Origin: Thermotogota bacterium
GTDB taxonomy: Bacteria; Bipolaricaulota; Bipolaricaulia; UBA7950; UBA9294
Reading direction: 5' to 3'
NCBI GenBank assembly: GCA_039679545.1
Contig: JBDKUT010000163.1
Coordinates: 1-64,000, forward strand
DNA: 64,000 nucleotides
This document shows, in pieces, positions 19,183-29,989 of this stretch. Position 1 is the first letter of the stretch. Each line of letters opens with the position of its first letter. The translations under genes and the position numbers were made by a program. The notes under the pieces were generated by a model. That model saw only the letters and a list, made by a program, of their open reading frames with translations, did not search any database and had not been told where the DNA came from.

Positions 19183-19770
19183 TCACGATGCGGCGCGGCG
19201 CGCTTCGATCGCTGTGCGAATTGCTTCTGCGTTCTTGGCTCGGTAGTGGTAGCATCGCGCGCCGGTGACGACTCGACCGTCGATCACCGGGGGATGGTCC
19301 TGCCCCACAAACAGTCCGCCCGCCTTCTCGATGGCGTCCTTGTCGTTCATGTGTCCCACGATCTGTTTCCCCGCGATCACGTCGGCGGCCGCCAGCACGC
19401 GCACGCCTCGACACCAGCCGGAGATCACCAGCCCCGCCTCGCTTGCCTGCCGGAGCAGCTGCATCGCCCTCGGGGAGGCGATGAGCCCCGTGTACGCGGG
19501 ACCCGGGAGCACGGACACGGCGTCGTAGGTTGCGATGTCGCCGATTTCGTCGATCGTACGGTCGAGAGCGAGAGGCGCCGCACCTCGCTCGGCCGCGAAT
19601 CCGCACGGGCGGACGACGCGGTCGACCCCGGCGAGGGTTGCCTCCCACCCGTAGCTCGCGAACTTGTCGAGGATCGAGAGCTTCTTCTCACTGGACGTGC
19701 AATTCGCACCGTAGAGGTCCCCCACGAGGAGAAGGATGCGCACCGGGCTCTTCTTCGTCTTCTCCGCCAC
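19183..19770 (-). CDS. DJ-1/PfpI-family protein
   Basis: YDAVSVLPGP, ISGWCRGVRVLAAADVIAGK (nucleophile Cys) and PVIDGRVVTG. AAAGGAG RBS before GTG 19770. Confidence 0.85.
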   Translation of the reverse strand: MAEKTKKSPVRILLLVGDLYGANCTSSEKKLSILDKFASYGWEATLAGVDRVVRPCGFAAERGAAPLALDRTIDEIGDIATYDAVSVLPGPAYTGLIASPRAMQLLRQASEAGLVISGWCRGVRVLAAADVIAGKQIVGHMNDKDAIEKAGGLFVGQDHPPVIDGRVVTGARCYHYRAKNAEAIRTAIEARRAAS

Positions 19771-19972
19771 GCGATCTCCTTTCGCACCGCCTGTGCGACT
19801 CCAATGCCGACATGATCCCTCCTTTTCGTCTCCGTGACGTCTCCGCAACGACGCGGACGACGTGAGCGGAAGCGAGACGGGGTGGGCGCCCAACGCCACG
19901 GGTCTCCCGATCTGCGGCTCGGAATCGCGTACCATGGAGGCAAACGGGAGAACGGGAGAGGAGAGTAGGGCC

Positions 19973-21805
19973 GTGGCGCTTCTGGCTGTGCGGGATCTCG
20001 GGAAGACGTACGCGTCGCACACGCTGTTCGAGCGCCTCTCCCTGACGTTTCACGCCGGCGAGCGCGTCGGTCTCATCGGGCCGAACGGAGCGGGCAAGTC
20101 GACCCTGCTGCGGATCCTCGTCGGCCTCGAGACGCCCGACTTGGGAGTCGTCGAGCGCGCCCGAGACGCGCGCATCGCCTACCTGCCCCAAGTCGACGCC
20201 TTCCCGGCCGGTGTCACCGCCGAGGACGCGCTCTACGCGGCGTCTCGCGAGGTCCCCGCCGAGGAGCACGAGCAGACGGTCCGCGCCAAGAAGATGCTCC
20301 GTCGCGTCGGCTTTGAGCGCGGCGACGTCCGCGCTGACTCCCTGTCTGGCGGATGGCGCAAGCGCCTCGCCATCGGATGCCGCCTCGTTCAAGAGCCGGA
20401 CCTCCTCCTGATGGACGAGCCCACGAACCACCTTGACCTCGCAGGCATCGATTGGCTCGAGCGCTTCCTCGAGCGCGCAAACCTCGCGTACGTCGTCACG
20501 AGCCACGATCGCTACTTCCTCGAACGGGTCACGGACCGCATCGTGGAGATCAACCGCCGCTATCCGGACGGGTTCCTCAGCGTCTCCGGGCACTACAGCG
20601 ACTTCCTCGAGAAGCGAGAGGCGTTCCTGCACATGGAGGACGCCGAGCGCCAGGCGCTCGCCACCGAGGTTCGCCGCGAGATCGACTGGCTTCGCCGCGG
20701 ACCGAGCGCGCGAGAAACGAAGTCCGCGGCTCGGATTGGCTCGGCAAAGGAGAAGATCAGCAAGCTCGCCGAGGTCGGCCGCCGGCAGCGAAGCGACGGG
20801 CGAATCGAGATCGACTTCGCGGCCAGCGGTCGGCGCACGCACGACCTGGTCACGGCCAAGGGGATCTCGAAGGCGCTCGGCGGCCGAGACCTCTTCAGGA
20901 ATCTCGACCTCCACCTCTGCCGCGGAGATCGACTTGGAATCGTAGGGAACAACGCAACCGGGAAGACGACGCTTCTCCGAACGCTCGCTCGTCTCTCGCC
21001 GCCCGACATCGGAACGGTGAGCCACGCGACGGACCTTCGCATCGCGCTCTTCGATCAGCAGCGCGACCAGCTCGACCCGAGCGAGCGCCTCCGCCGGGCT
21101 CTCTCGCCATCGGGCGACACCGTTTCCTACCTCGGCCGGAAGTCGCACATCGTCGCGTGGGCCAAGCGGTTCGGCTTCCGCGCCGATCAGCTCGACACAC
21201 CCGTCGGCGAGCTGTCGGGAGGCGAGCAGGCGCGGGTCCTGATGGCGCTCATGATCCGCGAGCCGGCCGACGTTCTGATGCTCGACGAGCCCACGAACGA
21301 CCTCGACGTCTCGTCGGTCGAGGTCCTCGAGAGCGCGCTCCTCGAGTTTCCGGGCGCCGTCGTCCTGATCACCCACGACCGGTACATGCTCGATCGCGCC
21401 TGCACCGACCTCGTCGGGCTTCACGGAGACGGCCGCTGGGCCAACTACGGAAGCGTCGCTCAGTGGATGGAGCGGGAGACGGAGATCCGCGCCGAGCGGC
21501 AATCTGCAGGCGAAGCCGACGCGCGGAAGTCCGGCGCAAAGGACAGGCGGTCCGCGACGGACGTCGACCCTTCGCCGAGGCCCGGCCTCACCTACCTCGA
21601 GAAGAAGGAGTGGGAGACGATCGAGGAGCGGATCCTCGCCGCCGAGCAGGACGTCGAACGCCTCCGGGCGGATCTCGACGATCCCGCCCTGGCCTCCGAC
21701 CACGAGAAGCTCCACGCGGCCTACGAGGTCCACCAGGCCGCACGTCGCGAGCTCGAGGCTTTGTTCGCACGATGGCAGGAGCTCGAGCGCAAGTTGCTCG
21801 GGTAG
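19973..21805 (+). CDS. uup: ABC-F ATPase, Uup-like
   Basis: Two ABC domains ([25 protein letters not shown] and [25 protein letters not shown]), no TM segments, and a C-terminal [14 protein letters not shown] coiled coil. Confidence 0.8.
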   Translation: MALLAVRDLGKTYASHTLFERLSLTFHAGERVGLIGPNGAGKSTLLRILVGLETPDLGVVERARDARIAYLPQVDAFPAGVTAEDALYAASREVPAEEHEQTVRAKKMLRRVGFERGDVRADSLSGGWRKRLAIGCRLVQEPDLLLMDEPTNHLDLAGIDWLERFLERANLAYVVTSHDRYFLERVTDRIVEINRRYPDGFLSVSGHYSDFLEKREAFLHMEDAERQALATEVRREIDWLRRGPSARETKSAARIGSAKEKISKLAEVGRRQRSDGRIEIDFAASGRRTHDLVTAKGISKALGGRDLFRNLDLHLCRGDRLGIVGNNATGKTTLLRTLARLSPPDIGTVSHATDLRIALFDQQRDQLDPSERLRRALSPSGDTVSYLGRKSHIVAWAKRFGFRADQLDTPVGELSGGEQARVLMALMIREPADVLMLDEPTNDLDVSSVEVLESALLEFPGAVVLITHDRYMLDRACTDLVGLHGDGRWANYGSVAQWMERETEIRAERQSAGEADARKSGAKDRRSATDVDPSPRPGLTYLEKKEWETIEERILAAEQDVERLRADLDDPALASDHEKLHAAYEVHQAARRELEALFARWQELERKLLG

Positions 21806-21917
21806 CTTTGCAGGCCGGCACCGTTTTGGCTTCGCCTTCCTTGACAACTACGATCAATGATCTCAGGCGAGCAAAGGGTGCATCCCCTGGGTGGCGAAGC
21901 ATCGGCTAGGAGGGAGC

Positions 21918-23234
21918 ATGAATGCAGGTAGGGTGGTGTCGATTGTCGTTGGATCGCTGCTGATTCTCGTCGCGATCGGGCTTCTGCTGGGCGGCGGATC
22001 GTTCCTCTTTCTGGAAAGCATGTACGCGGACGACGACGGCTTCTTGTCGCTCAACTCGATCACCCTTCATCGCGACACGTTCGCCATTGCCGCGCCCGCG
22101 TCCATTGCAGACGACTGGGCATGGATGTGGATGTCCCCGGCCACGCTCCGCGTCGAGGCTAGGGCCGTCTCGCCACACGGCGGGATCTTCGTCGGCGTGG
22201 CACCCCGCGACAAGGTGGAGGCCTACCTGCAAGGCGTCCCGTACGCGGAGATCGATCAGTTCCGGTTCGGGAGAGGCCCAGGAGACGCGATCGAGTATCA
22301 CGACCGAGCCGGCGGTTCCGTTCCCACGGCGCCGACTTCGCAGTCGTTCTGGCGAGCCGCCGTCACGGGCGAAGGGCCGCAGACGCTTCTCTGGGACATC
22401 GAGGCCGGCGACTGGGTTCTCGTCGCCATGAACTCCGACGGCTCGCGCGTCGTCGACATCTCCGGCTCGATCGGAGTCAAGGCTCCCTGGCTCCACGGCG
22501 TCGGAATCGGGCTGCTCGTGGCCGGCCTGATTCTCCTCGCCATCGGCCTCGCCCTCGTTCTCTTCGTCGCGCGGCGCGTGCGCGCCGTGCCGTCCGCCGA
22601 TCAGGCGGTCTCACCCACGGAACCGTTCCCATCGGGGACCTTCCCGCTCACCTTCCGAGCTGAGAAAGACGACGCCCTCTCCCCGGCGCTCTGGCTCGTC
22701 AAGTGGTTCCTCCTGATCCCGCACTGCGTCGTCCTCGGCTTCCTCTTCGTCGGGTTCGCGGTGTCGTGGCTCGTGTCCCTCTTCGCGATCCTGTTCACCG
22801 GCCGGTACCCGCGGGGGTTGTTCGACTACAACGTTGGCGTTCTCCGCTGGGCTTGGCGCGTCGGCTACTACGGATACCAGGCACTGGCAACAGACCGCTA
22901 CCCGCCGTTCACGCTCCACGCCGGCGGCTATCCCGCAGACCTCGATGTGGTTTACCCCGAGCGGCTCTCGCCGGGCCTCGTCCTCGTCAAGTGGTGGCTT
23001 CTCGCCATCCCGCACTACGTGGTCGTGGCGTTCCTGCAGGGAGGAGCAGGCGTGTGGCGCATCGGCCTAGTCCCCATCCTGTCCGTCTTCGCCGGCGTGA
23101 TGCTCCTCTTCACGGGCAGGTACCCCGAGGACCTCAGGCGCCTGATCGTGGGCATGGACCGCTGGACGTACCGAGTCTTCGCCTACGCGGCGCTCTTGAC
23201 CGACGCGTACCCGCCGTTCCGGCTCGATGAATAG
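21918..23234 (+). CDS. DUF4389-domain membrane protein
   Basis: Twice-repeated LVKW.L.IPH...LFTGRYP...YPPF.L at the C-terminus, with an N-terminal extracytoplasmic domain. Confidence 0.85.
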   Translation: MNAGRVVSIVVGSLLILVAIGLLLGGGSFLFLESMYADDDGFLSLNSITLHRDTFAIAAPASIADDWAWMWMSPATLRVEARAVSPHGGIFVGVAPRDKVEAYLQGVPYAEIDQFRFGRGPGDAIEYHDRAGGSVPTAPTSQSFWRAAVTGEGPQTLLWDIEAGDWVLVAMNSDGSRVVDISGSIGVKAPWLHGVGIGLLVAGLILLAIGLALVLFVARRVRAVPSADQAVSPTEPFPSGTFPLTFRAEKDDALSPALWLVKWFLLIPHCVVLGFLFVGFAVSWLVSLFAILFTGRYPRGLFDYNVGVLRWAWRVGYYGYQALATDRYPPFTLHAGGYPADLDVVYPERLSPGLVLVKWWLLAIPHYVVVAFLQGGAGVWRIGLVPILSVFAGVMLLFTGRYPEDLRRLIVGMDRWTYRVFAYAALLTDAYPPFRLDE

Positions 23235-23246
23235 CGCGGCCTTACG

Positions 23247-23909
23247 CTACGCCGCGCCGCTGTCGTACAGCGTCCGCTCGAGGTCGGCGAAGGTCTCGTA
23301 GACGGGCACGCCGAGGGTGCGGAGGCGATTCCCCGACTGATGTCCCCGTGCAACGAGAACCGCGGAAACTCCAAGGTCGCGGGCGACATCGACGTCGTGG
23401 TCCGTGTCGCCGATCAGGAGGGTTTCGCTCGCGGAGAGGCGGAATCGCCCGAGGAGTTCCCTTCCTCGCACGATCTTCGAATCGGCCATCCGATGGTCGA
23501 GCCCGTAGATCGCCTCAAAGTGTCCGCCGATGTCGAGACGTCGGAGCGCCTCACGCAACGTTGTCTCCTCCATCGCGGAGAGGACGAACTGGCGGACCCC
23601 AGCCGTCTCCAGTCGCTCAAGGACTGCCCGCACCCCGGCATGAAGGCCGCACGCGGGCGCGCCCGCCAGGTATACGTCGTGGAACTCGTCGGCAAGCCCC
23701 GCCATCGTTTCGACCGAGAGATCGAAGCCAAGCTTGCGATGGTAGTCGGCCAGAGGGAAGCCAAACACCTGCCGGTACTCGTCCAGGCTCAGGGGAGCGA
23801 GTCGACGCCGTGCCAGCTGGACGTTGATCGCCTCGACCGCGAGCGCGCAGTCGTCGACGAGTGTGCCATTAAAGTCCCAGATCACCGACTGCCAACGTAT
23901 CGTACTCAC
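23247..23909 (-). CDS. HAD-family hydrolase
   Basis: IWDFNGTLVDD motif I and LIGDTDHD motif IV. Confidence 0.88.
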   Translation of the reverse strand: MSTIRWQSVIWDFNGTLVDDCALAVEAINVQLARRRLAPLSLDEYRQVFGFPLADYHRKLGFDLSVETMAGLADEFHDVYLAGAPACGLHAGVRAVLERLETAGVRQFVLSAMEETTLREALRRLDIGGHFEAIYGLDHRMADSKIVRGRELLGRFRLSASETLLIGDTDHDVDVARDLGVSAVLVARGHQSGNRLRTLGVPVYETFADLERTLYDSGAA

Positions 23910-23994
23910 GTCGCGGTCCCCACCTCCGTGACGCAATGGTCGCCGAAGCCGCACCGCCGCGCACGCGGCGGTGACGGCCAGTCCAGCCAATACG

Positions 23995-24032
23995 TAGAAA
24001 GACAGGGCGGCGGCCGTACCGCACCGCCGCCC
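23995..24032 (-). terminator. Probable terminator downstream of the PKD/propeller gene
   Basis: GGGCGGCGG...CCGCCGCCC stem followed on the minus strand by TGTCTTTCT. Confidence 0.55.
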
Positions 24033-24069
24033 GCAGTTTCAGACTACCTCGCTCCTTCGCCGTCGCTTT

Positions 24070-25422
24070 CTAGCTGCTCGCCTCAACCCAGATGAAGCCA
24101 GGGCCGTCGATCTGCGACGAGTCCTTTGTCCCCATCAGGGTCGACTGGCACGGGGAGTTGCCGACCACGCAGGCGTGGAACGTGTTGTTCGAGTAGTTCG
24201 CCCAGCCGATCATGTTCCCAAGCACGGCGATGCCGGTCGGGACGTTGACCTTCGACACTTCCGGGCCGGCAAGCTTCTCCGACTTCGCGGGGAACGACCC
24301 GTTCAAGGAGCAGCGCCGAATCGTGTTGTCGCCTCCATTCGCCCAATAGAGGTAGCCGTCCACAACGCGGATAGCGCCAGGCTGGTCGACTCCGGACACG
24401 ACGGGACCTGCCACCGTGACGGCTTCATCGATCGTGCAGTAGGTCAGAAGGCGGGCACGACGAATCGTGTTGTCCCCGGCGTCCGCCCAGTAGAGGTAAC
24501 CGCCCGCGACCTGGATGCCGTAGGGCTTTCCAAGGAGGAGAAGTGCATCGTACTTGCCGGTCTCTCGAGACACCATAGTTGGATCCTTCGCTACCGAGCC
24601 CTCCATCGTAATGACGCCGATCGTGCCGCCCATGTCCCCGCCCTGATTCGCCCAGTACAGAGTCTTCCCGCCGGCAACGCACAACCCGCTTGGCTGGTTG
24701 ACGCCGTCATCCTTGTCGGCGATCTTGACGGGCAAATCCCCGCTGCCGACCTCCTTGGCGTAGATCGTGTTGTTGCCGTAGTTTGCCCAGACGACCCATC
24801 CTTCCGAGTACTGGATCCCGGTCGGCTTGTTCACATACGGGGCGCCTTCGGCCATCTTGATCGACTTCCCGTACATCCCGCCGGTCGAGTGTGCCCTGCG
24901 AATCGTGTTGTCGCCAATGTTCCCCCAATAAATCGTGAGCGACACCCCGAGCTGCGCCGGCTGGCCGGACTGGTTCTGCTGGCCGCCCGGCAGCGGCCAT
25001 GGCCATAGCCACGGCCACCCTTGCGACTGGCCTTGTCCCTGTTGACTGCCTCCGCCGGACGGCATGACCCAGATGTAGTTCACCCTCGTCTGGGTCAGTC
25101 GGTACATCATTCCCTGCACGTTCAGCGTCAGCACCAGCCGAACGGTGTGCCATCCGACCACGTTGTACGTGTGCGTCGGGTTCTGCTCCGTCGCGTCGAC
25201 CGTTCCGTCGTTCGTGAAGTCCCACTCGTACGCCAGAGCCGGCGCGGCGCTGAAGTGGACTTCCAGCGGAGCCGGCCCCGAGATCGGCGAGGCGCTGAAG
25301 TACGGCACATTGGGGGTATACCCACTCGCCAACCCGCAGGTTGCAAGCACCACGACGAACCCACTCAGCGCAGCGAGGCTCAGTCTGACAGTCCGCGCCC
25401 ACCTTCGCGTTCTCTGTTCCAC
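24070..25422 (-). CDS. Secreted PKD-domain protein with a six-repeat YWTD-like beta-propeller
   Basis: Signal peptide, SGPAPLEVHF..YEWDFTNDG..EQNPTHTY (PKD), Q/G/W/P linker and six Y/VWAN/D.G.NTI.R repeats. Confidence 0.8.
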   Translation of the reverse strand: MEQRTRRWARTVRLSLAALSGFVVVLATCGLASGYTPNVPYFSASPISGPAPLEVHFSAAPALAYEWDFTNDGTVDATEQNPTHTYNVVGWHTVRLVLTLNVQGMMYRLTQTRVNYIWVMPSGGGSQQGQGQSQGWPWLWPWPLPGGQQNQSGQPAQLGVSLTIYWGNIGDNTIRRAHSTGGMYGKSIKMAEGAPYVNKPTGIQYSEGWVVWANYGNNTIYAKEVGSGDLPVKIADKDDGVNQPSGLCVAGGKTLYWANQGGDMGGTIGVITMEGSVAKDPTMVSRETGKYDALLLLGKPYGIQVAGGYLYWADAGDNTIRRARLLTYCTIDEAVTVAGPVVSGVDQPGAIRVVDGYLYWANGGDNTIRRCSLNGSFPAKSEKLAGPEVSKVNVPTGIAVLGNMIGWANYSNNTFHACVVGNSPCQSTLMGTKDSSQIDGPGFIWVEASS

Positions 25423-25858
25423 ACTCTCCTCCTTCGGGCGGCACGAGCGCACCGTGGCGCCGATTCCTCACGCCAGAAGTGCGTCTACTTGCTTCCGAGC
25501 ACAACTACGTTCGGCTCGTTCGCAGGGAAAGGCTCGACGCGGACACCTCGCCGCCCTGATGCACCGGTGTCTGTAGTCAGCATTCTATGTCTGCTCGCAA
25601 TTGATGGTTGTTTAGCTGCAATGCTATCTGGTACATCGTCTCTTGACAGTGGAACGGCCGATCCCTTAGGGTTCCGATGGGAAGGGCTCGAGCACGCGCG
25701 ACGATGATGTTTCTCCAGCCCGCGGAGGCTCACACGCCGCGCACCAAATCCCGACATCCCCTCCTCACGCTGCGCACAGGACTGCCACAGGGCCACCGCA
25801 CTTCCGCCAACTCACGCCGGCACCCTGTCGTCATCCTATGCAGCACGAGGTGCAAGTC

Positions 25859-26227
25859 ATGAACAAACGAAGACTAAGCTGGATCGTCGGAATCGCCGCC
25901 GTGGGCCTGCTCCTTGCGGGCGCTGTCGGTCTCGCCGGCAACGGCTTCGGCCGCGGGGCGAGCAACGGGACACAGACGATGCCGTGCCAGGCGAATCTCA
26001 ATGCCGACACGGCATGTCCGGCGAACCTCGACGCCGACGGCGACGGAACCCCGAACGGCCAGGACCCCGACTGGGGCGCAACGTGCAGTAGAGCGGGGCT
26101 GGGAGCCGCGCTCGGTGGCGCAAACTGTCCCGCATCGTGCCCGAATGCCCAGGCCAGCGCCGGAAGCGGTCAGGGTGGCGCCCGTATGCAGGGCAGTTCC
26201 CGAGGGTGCGGAGGCGGCGGCTCGTAG
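25859..26227 (+). CDS. Small secreted Cys/Gly-rich protein with a DxDxDG motif
   Basis: Signal peptide, DADGDGTPNGQDPDW and a GAGG RBS. Confidence 0.7.
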   Translation: MNKRRLSWIVGIAAVGLLLAGAVGLAGNGFGRGASNGTQTMPCQANLNADTACPANLDADGDGTPNGQDPDWGATCSRAGLGAALGGANCPASCPNAQASAGSGQGGARMQGSSRGCGGGGS

Positions 26228-26262
26228 CAGGTTCACCCGAGGCGTAGAGACCAGGAAGTGCG

Positions 26263-26295
26263 ACGGGCGGCCTAACGGCCGCCCGTTCTTCTCTT
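26263..26295. terminator. Terminator between convergent genes, possibly bidirectional
   Basis: ACGGGCGGCC-TAAC-GGCCGCCCGT followed by TCTTCTCTT. Overlaps the MATE stop codon. Confidence 0.7.
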
Positions 26296-27681
26296 GGGAT
26301 GAACGCCAAGGCGCCCGTCCCGAGACGGGGCGGACGCAGTCGTCATCCGCCGGAGCTTGCGGACCTCAAGGACAAGCATGGGCATGACGATCAGAGCCGA
26401 CACGAAGTCGGCGACCGGGAAGGCAATCCAGACGCCTTTTGTGGAGAAGTGCGACGAGAGGACAAGGACGGCAGGGATGACGAGAATGATGTCGCGCAGG
26501 AACGAAAGCGCGAACGCCCGCCCGGCCCGTCCCATCGCCTGATAAAAGCTGCCGACGATGGGCTGTAGCGCAAGAAGGGGAATCACTACGACGGTAATCC
26601 GTAGTGCCACCGATCCCTCGGCAATCATCGCCGGATCCGAGCTGAACATGGAGAGGAACACGGTCGGCAGGAAGAGGAGCAGCGCCCAGGAGGCGAAAGC
26701 CAGTCCGATGGCGAGAACGAGGGCATGCTTGAGTGCTGAGATCACCCGCGGGTAGTTGCCCGCACCGTAGTTGTAGGCGTAGATCGGTTGGGAACCGTCT
26801 GCCACACCGAAGACCGGCATCCGGGCGAGGGTGACGATGCGGTTGATGACGCTATAGATCGCGAGCGCCACGCCGCCGCCGTACGCTCCGAGAGTGCGGT
26901 TGATAACGACCGCGGCCGCGCTCGAGGCGAAGATCCCGACAAACGAGGGCACTCCTACGCTCACGATCTCCCACGTCGTCCGCGCCTTGGGGACGACGTT
27001 GCGCGGAGAGAAGCGAACCGACGTCTTCCTCTGCAGGACGCTGTAGACGTAGTAGGCCACGCCGATGCTCGAGGAAACCACCGTCGCCCAGGCGGCTCCC
27101 GCCGTTCCCATGTGGAGCACGAAGATGAAGATCGGCTCGAGGAAGATGTTGAGAATGCCGCCTACGATCATCGGGAGCGTGGCGCGCGACGCGTCCCCCT
27201 GCGCGCGGAGAACGGACATGAAGATCGATGGGAAGATGAAGGCGAACGAGCCCGTCAGGACCACGGTCGTGAACGAGTCCGCGTACGGGAGGACGTCCGG
27301 CGTCGCCCCAGCGAAGACCAGGAGCGGGCCTCGATAGAGTCGGCCGAGCACCGCCACGAGGATGCTGGCCACTGCTCCAAGCGTTACGGCGTTTCCGAAG
27401 GCCCGCTCTGCAAGCTGAAGGTCTCCCTTCCCCAGCGCGCGCGACAAGACGGAGGCGCATCCAGCGCCGATGAATTGCCCGATACCGATGACGACGAGGA
27501 AGATCGGGAACGCAACGCCGATCCCCGCCATGGCCAGGGTTCCCACCCCGCGTCCAACATAGATCGCATCGACAACGTTGTAGAACGCCAGGACGCCGAG
27601 TGAAACGATGGACGGGGTAGCCAGCCGCACAATCAGCTTCCGAATCGGGTCGATCCCGAGCGCCTTCGTCTTGTCCCGCAT
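26272..27681 (-). CDS. MATE-family efflux transporter (MepA-like)
   Basis: LATPSIVS..FYNVVDAIYVG, LRAQGD, LNIFLEPIFIF..MGTAGAAWATV and about 12 TM segments. Confidence 0.92.
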   Translation of the reverse strand: MRDKTKALGIDPIRKLIVRLATPSIVSLGVLAFYNVVDAIYVGRGVGTLAMAGIGVAFPIFLVVIGIGQFIGAGCASVLSRALGKGDLQLAERAFGNAVTLGAVASILVAVLGRLYRGPLLVFAGATPDVLPYADSFTTVVLTGSFAFIFPSIFMSVLRAQGDASRATLPMIVGGILNIFLEPIFIFVLHMGTAGAAWATVVSSSIGVAYYVYSVLQRKTSVRFSPRNVVPKARTTWEIVSVGVPSFVGIFASSAAAVVINRTLGAYGGGVALAIYSVINRIVTLARMPVFGVADGSQPIYAYNYGAGNYPRVISALKHALVLAIGLAFASWALLLFLPTVFLSMFSSDPAMIAEGSVALRITVVVIPLLALQPIVGSFYQAMGRAGRAFALSFLRDIILVIPAVLVLSSHFSTKGVWIAFPVADFVSALIVMPMLVLEVRKLRRMTTASAPSRDGRLGVHPKRRTGGR

Positions 27682-27953
27682 CGGCTCGACTCCTTCTTCC
27701 TTGTGCCCCCCTCACCCGCCGGCGCCCGACGCTCTTCCGAGGCCACGTACCTTTCTCACACCGAAGTTAACCCACGTCGGCGCCCCTCGATCCCCGCTCC
27801 CATTGTCGCAGATCAGATCCTGCAACGCGAGCGCGCCCCCCCAAAAAAGCTCCTTTCTTCTCGTTAACACGAATCCCCTCGACAAGCGCCACCCGTCCTC
27901 ACGGGCATGGTCCCCAGGCTTTCACGGAATCGACGGCGAAGCCCAATCCTCCG

Positions 27954-29891
27954 CTACGGCCCGAGGCCGATCCGTCGGAGAAGATCGCCGTACCGGGGAT
28001 CGGAGCGGCACGAAGCGAGTTTCGGATCCGAGCTCATTTCCGTGAGTTCGTGGTCGTGCGCCGCGTAGGCGCGTTCAAGGAGAGCGAACCCTGCGTCGTT
28101 CCGACCGAGCGCGAAGTAGAAGAGGGCAAGGGCGTAGGGGGCCACGGGGTGGCGCTCGGTGTCCTCGAGAACCTGGCCGAGGCACTTCTCGACCGTGCCC
28201 TTCTCACCCGCAGCTTCGCGGAGTTGCGCCAGAGCGAGGGTGACGTGCGGCTCCGGGAAGCCCGCAAGTTCCTTCGCTTTCTCGAGGTCGGCTCGAGCAA
28301 GATCATGCCGGCCTTGGCTGAGATAGCATTCCCCCCGATACAGACGCAGGATCAGGTTGTCCGCCCCGAGGTTGAGAGCCATGTCGAATTCGGCAATGGC
28401 CAACCCGAGAGTCCCGGCGCAGTAGTAAACCTGCCCCAACGCGCCGCGCTGCACGGCAGAGAGGGGGTCGAGAGCTTGAGCAGTCTGGAGCGCAGCGATC
28501 GCCTCGTCGAACCGGCACAGCGTGAGAAGGAGCATTCCGAGCCAGTGGTGCGCGCCAGCGTAGCTCGGTGACGACTCGATCGCCGTCCGAAGCTCGCGTT
28601 CGGCGCCGACCCAATCCCATTCCTCCATCAGGCACACAGCGAGGGCGGCGTGCGCCTCCGGCAGGCCTCCGTCAAGAGCGAGGGCCGCGAGCGCGCTCCG
28701 TTTCGCCTTGGCCTGGACATCTTCCGGAACTCGTGCCGTGTAGTTGGGCAGAATCGCGCGAGCCGCACCCAACGCCGCATGCGCCTCGGCGTACGCCGGG
28801 TTGAGCTCGACGGCGCGTTCGAAGCATCCGATGGCGGCTTCGATGTCCGCCGCGGTTCTCTTGGCGAGAAGGGCGCGCCCCTTCAAGTACGCCGCGTACG
28901 CCTCCGGATCAGCGTGCTCGGGCGGTTTCGCACCCCGAGCAGGCTTCGGCGCGAGCTGCACCTCCAGCGCTGACGCCACGCTCCGCGCGACCTCCGTCTG
29001 CACCGCAAACACATCGTCCAGCGTGCGGTCGTACGCCTCCGACCACAGGTGTCCCTCGCCGACCACGTCGATCAGTTGCAGCGTGATCCGCAGGCGATTC
29101 CCCGCCTTGCGCACACTCCCTTCGAGAACTGCTCCCACCCCGAGTTCATTCCCGATCTCCGCCACCGCCTTCTTCGCCCCGCGGTACTTCATCGCCGATG
29201 TCAGCGCGATCACTTGCAGACCGCTCACCTTCGACAGCGTGAAGATCAACTCCTCCGTCAGCCCGTCGGCGAAATACTCGTCCCCCGCATCGGGGCTCAT
29301 GCTCACGAGCGGCAGCACCGCCAGCCGAGACCGATCCGCCGTCCGCCCCACCGGCGCCTCGGTCTGCATCCACGGAAGAAGCATCCCGTAGACCTCGATC
29401 GGCACCTTCACGTTCTTCAGGTCCTTCTTGCCCAGGCTCGCCATCCGCACGTCGATCTTGTTCCACACCTGGTCGTAGACCTGGCGCGATAGGCAGATTC
29501 CTCCCGGCTCGGCCAGCGGCTCGATCCGCGCCGTGATGTTCACCCCGTCGCCGAAGATGTCCCCGGCTCGGTGCACGACGTCTCCCAGGTGAACGCCAAT
29601 CCGCACCTGGATCGCTCGATCGAGCGAGACCGCCGCGTTTCGCTCGTAGAGCGCCCGCTGGATTTCGACGGCGCATCGGACGGCCTGGAGCGCGCTCGGG
29701 AACTCGACGAGAAACCCGTCCCCCGTTCCCTTGACTTCGCGGCCGCTGTGTTCGGCGAACAGCGGCCGAAGGAGCGCCGCGTGCTCCGCGAGCAGGGCCA
29801 GCGTCAGAGCCTCATCCGTTTGCGTCAGTGCCGTGTAGCCGACGACGTCCGTCAGCATGATCGCGGCGAGTTGCCGGATGTCATTCTCCAT
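27954..29891 (-). CDS. Class III adenylate/guanylate cyclase with TolB-like and TPR domains
   Basis: IMLTDVVGYT, KGTGDGFLVEF, RIGVHLGDV, DIFGDGVNITARIE, LAVLPL..DEYFADGLTEELI and TPR helices. Confidence 0.9.
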   Translation of the reverse strand: MENDIRQLAAIMLTDVVGYTALTQTDEALTLALLAEHAALLRPLFAEHSGREVKGTGDGFLVEFPSALQAVRCAVEIQRALYERNAAVSLDRAIQVRIGVHLGDVVHRAGDIFGDGVNITARIEPLAEPGGICLSRQVYDQVWNKIDVRMASLGKKDLKNVKVPIEVYGMLLPWMQTEAPVGRTADRSRLAVLPLVSMSPDAGDEYFADGLTEELIFTLSKVSGLQVIALTSAMKYRGAKKAVAEIGNELGVGAVLEGSVRKAGNRLRITLQLIDVVGEGHLWSEAYDRTLDDVFAVQTEVARSVASALEVQLAPKPARGAKPPEHADPEAYAAYLKGRALLAKRTAADIEAAIGCFERAVELNPAYAEAHAALGAARAILPNYTARVPEDVQAKAKRSALAALALDGGLPEAHAALAVCLMEEWDWVGAERELRTAIESSPSYAGAHHWLGMLLLTLCRFDEAIAALQTAQALDPLSAVQRGALGQVYYCAGTLGLAIAEFDMALNLGADNLILRLYRGECYLSQGRHDLARADLEKAKELAGFPEPHVTLALAQLREAAGEKGTVEKCLGQVLEDTERHPVAPYALALFYFALGRNDAGFALLERAYAAHDHELTEMSSDPKLASCRSDPRYGDLLRRIGLGP

Positions 29892-29989
29892 GGTGTCTTC
29901 GACCCTCACTGTCGATGGAGCAGTATGGAATGAGCCTCTGCGCGCGGCAAGTGACGTTGTCCCTTCGACCTCGCAAGCCGACCCAGGAC

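Noticed and set aside
17405..21847. Long - strand ORFs of 747 aa and 719 aa
   Set aside because: Shadows of the DUF885, WD40 and Uup genes, with Arg/Pro-rich or mirror-codon composition.
27760..27880. Two GTTAAC sites upstream of the MATE gene
   Set aside because: Too short, and no flanking symmetry to call an operator.
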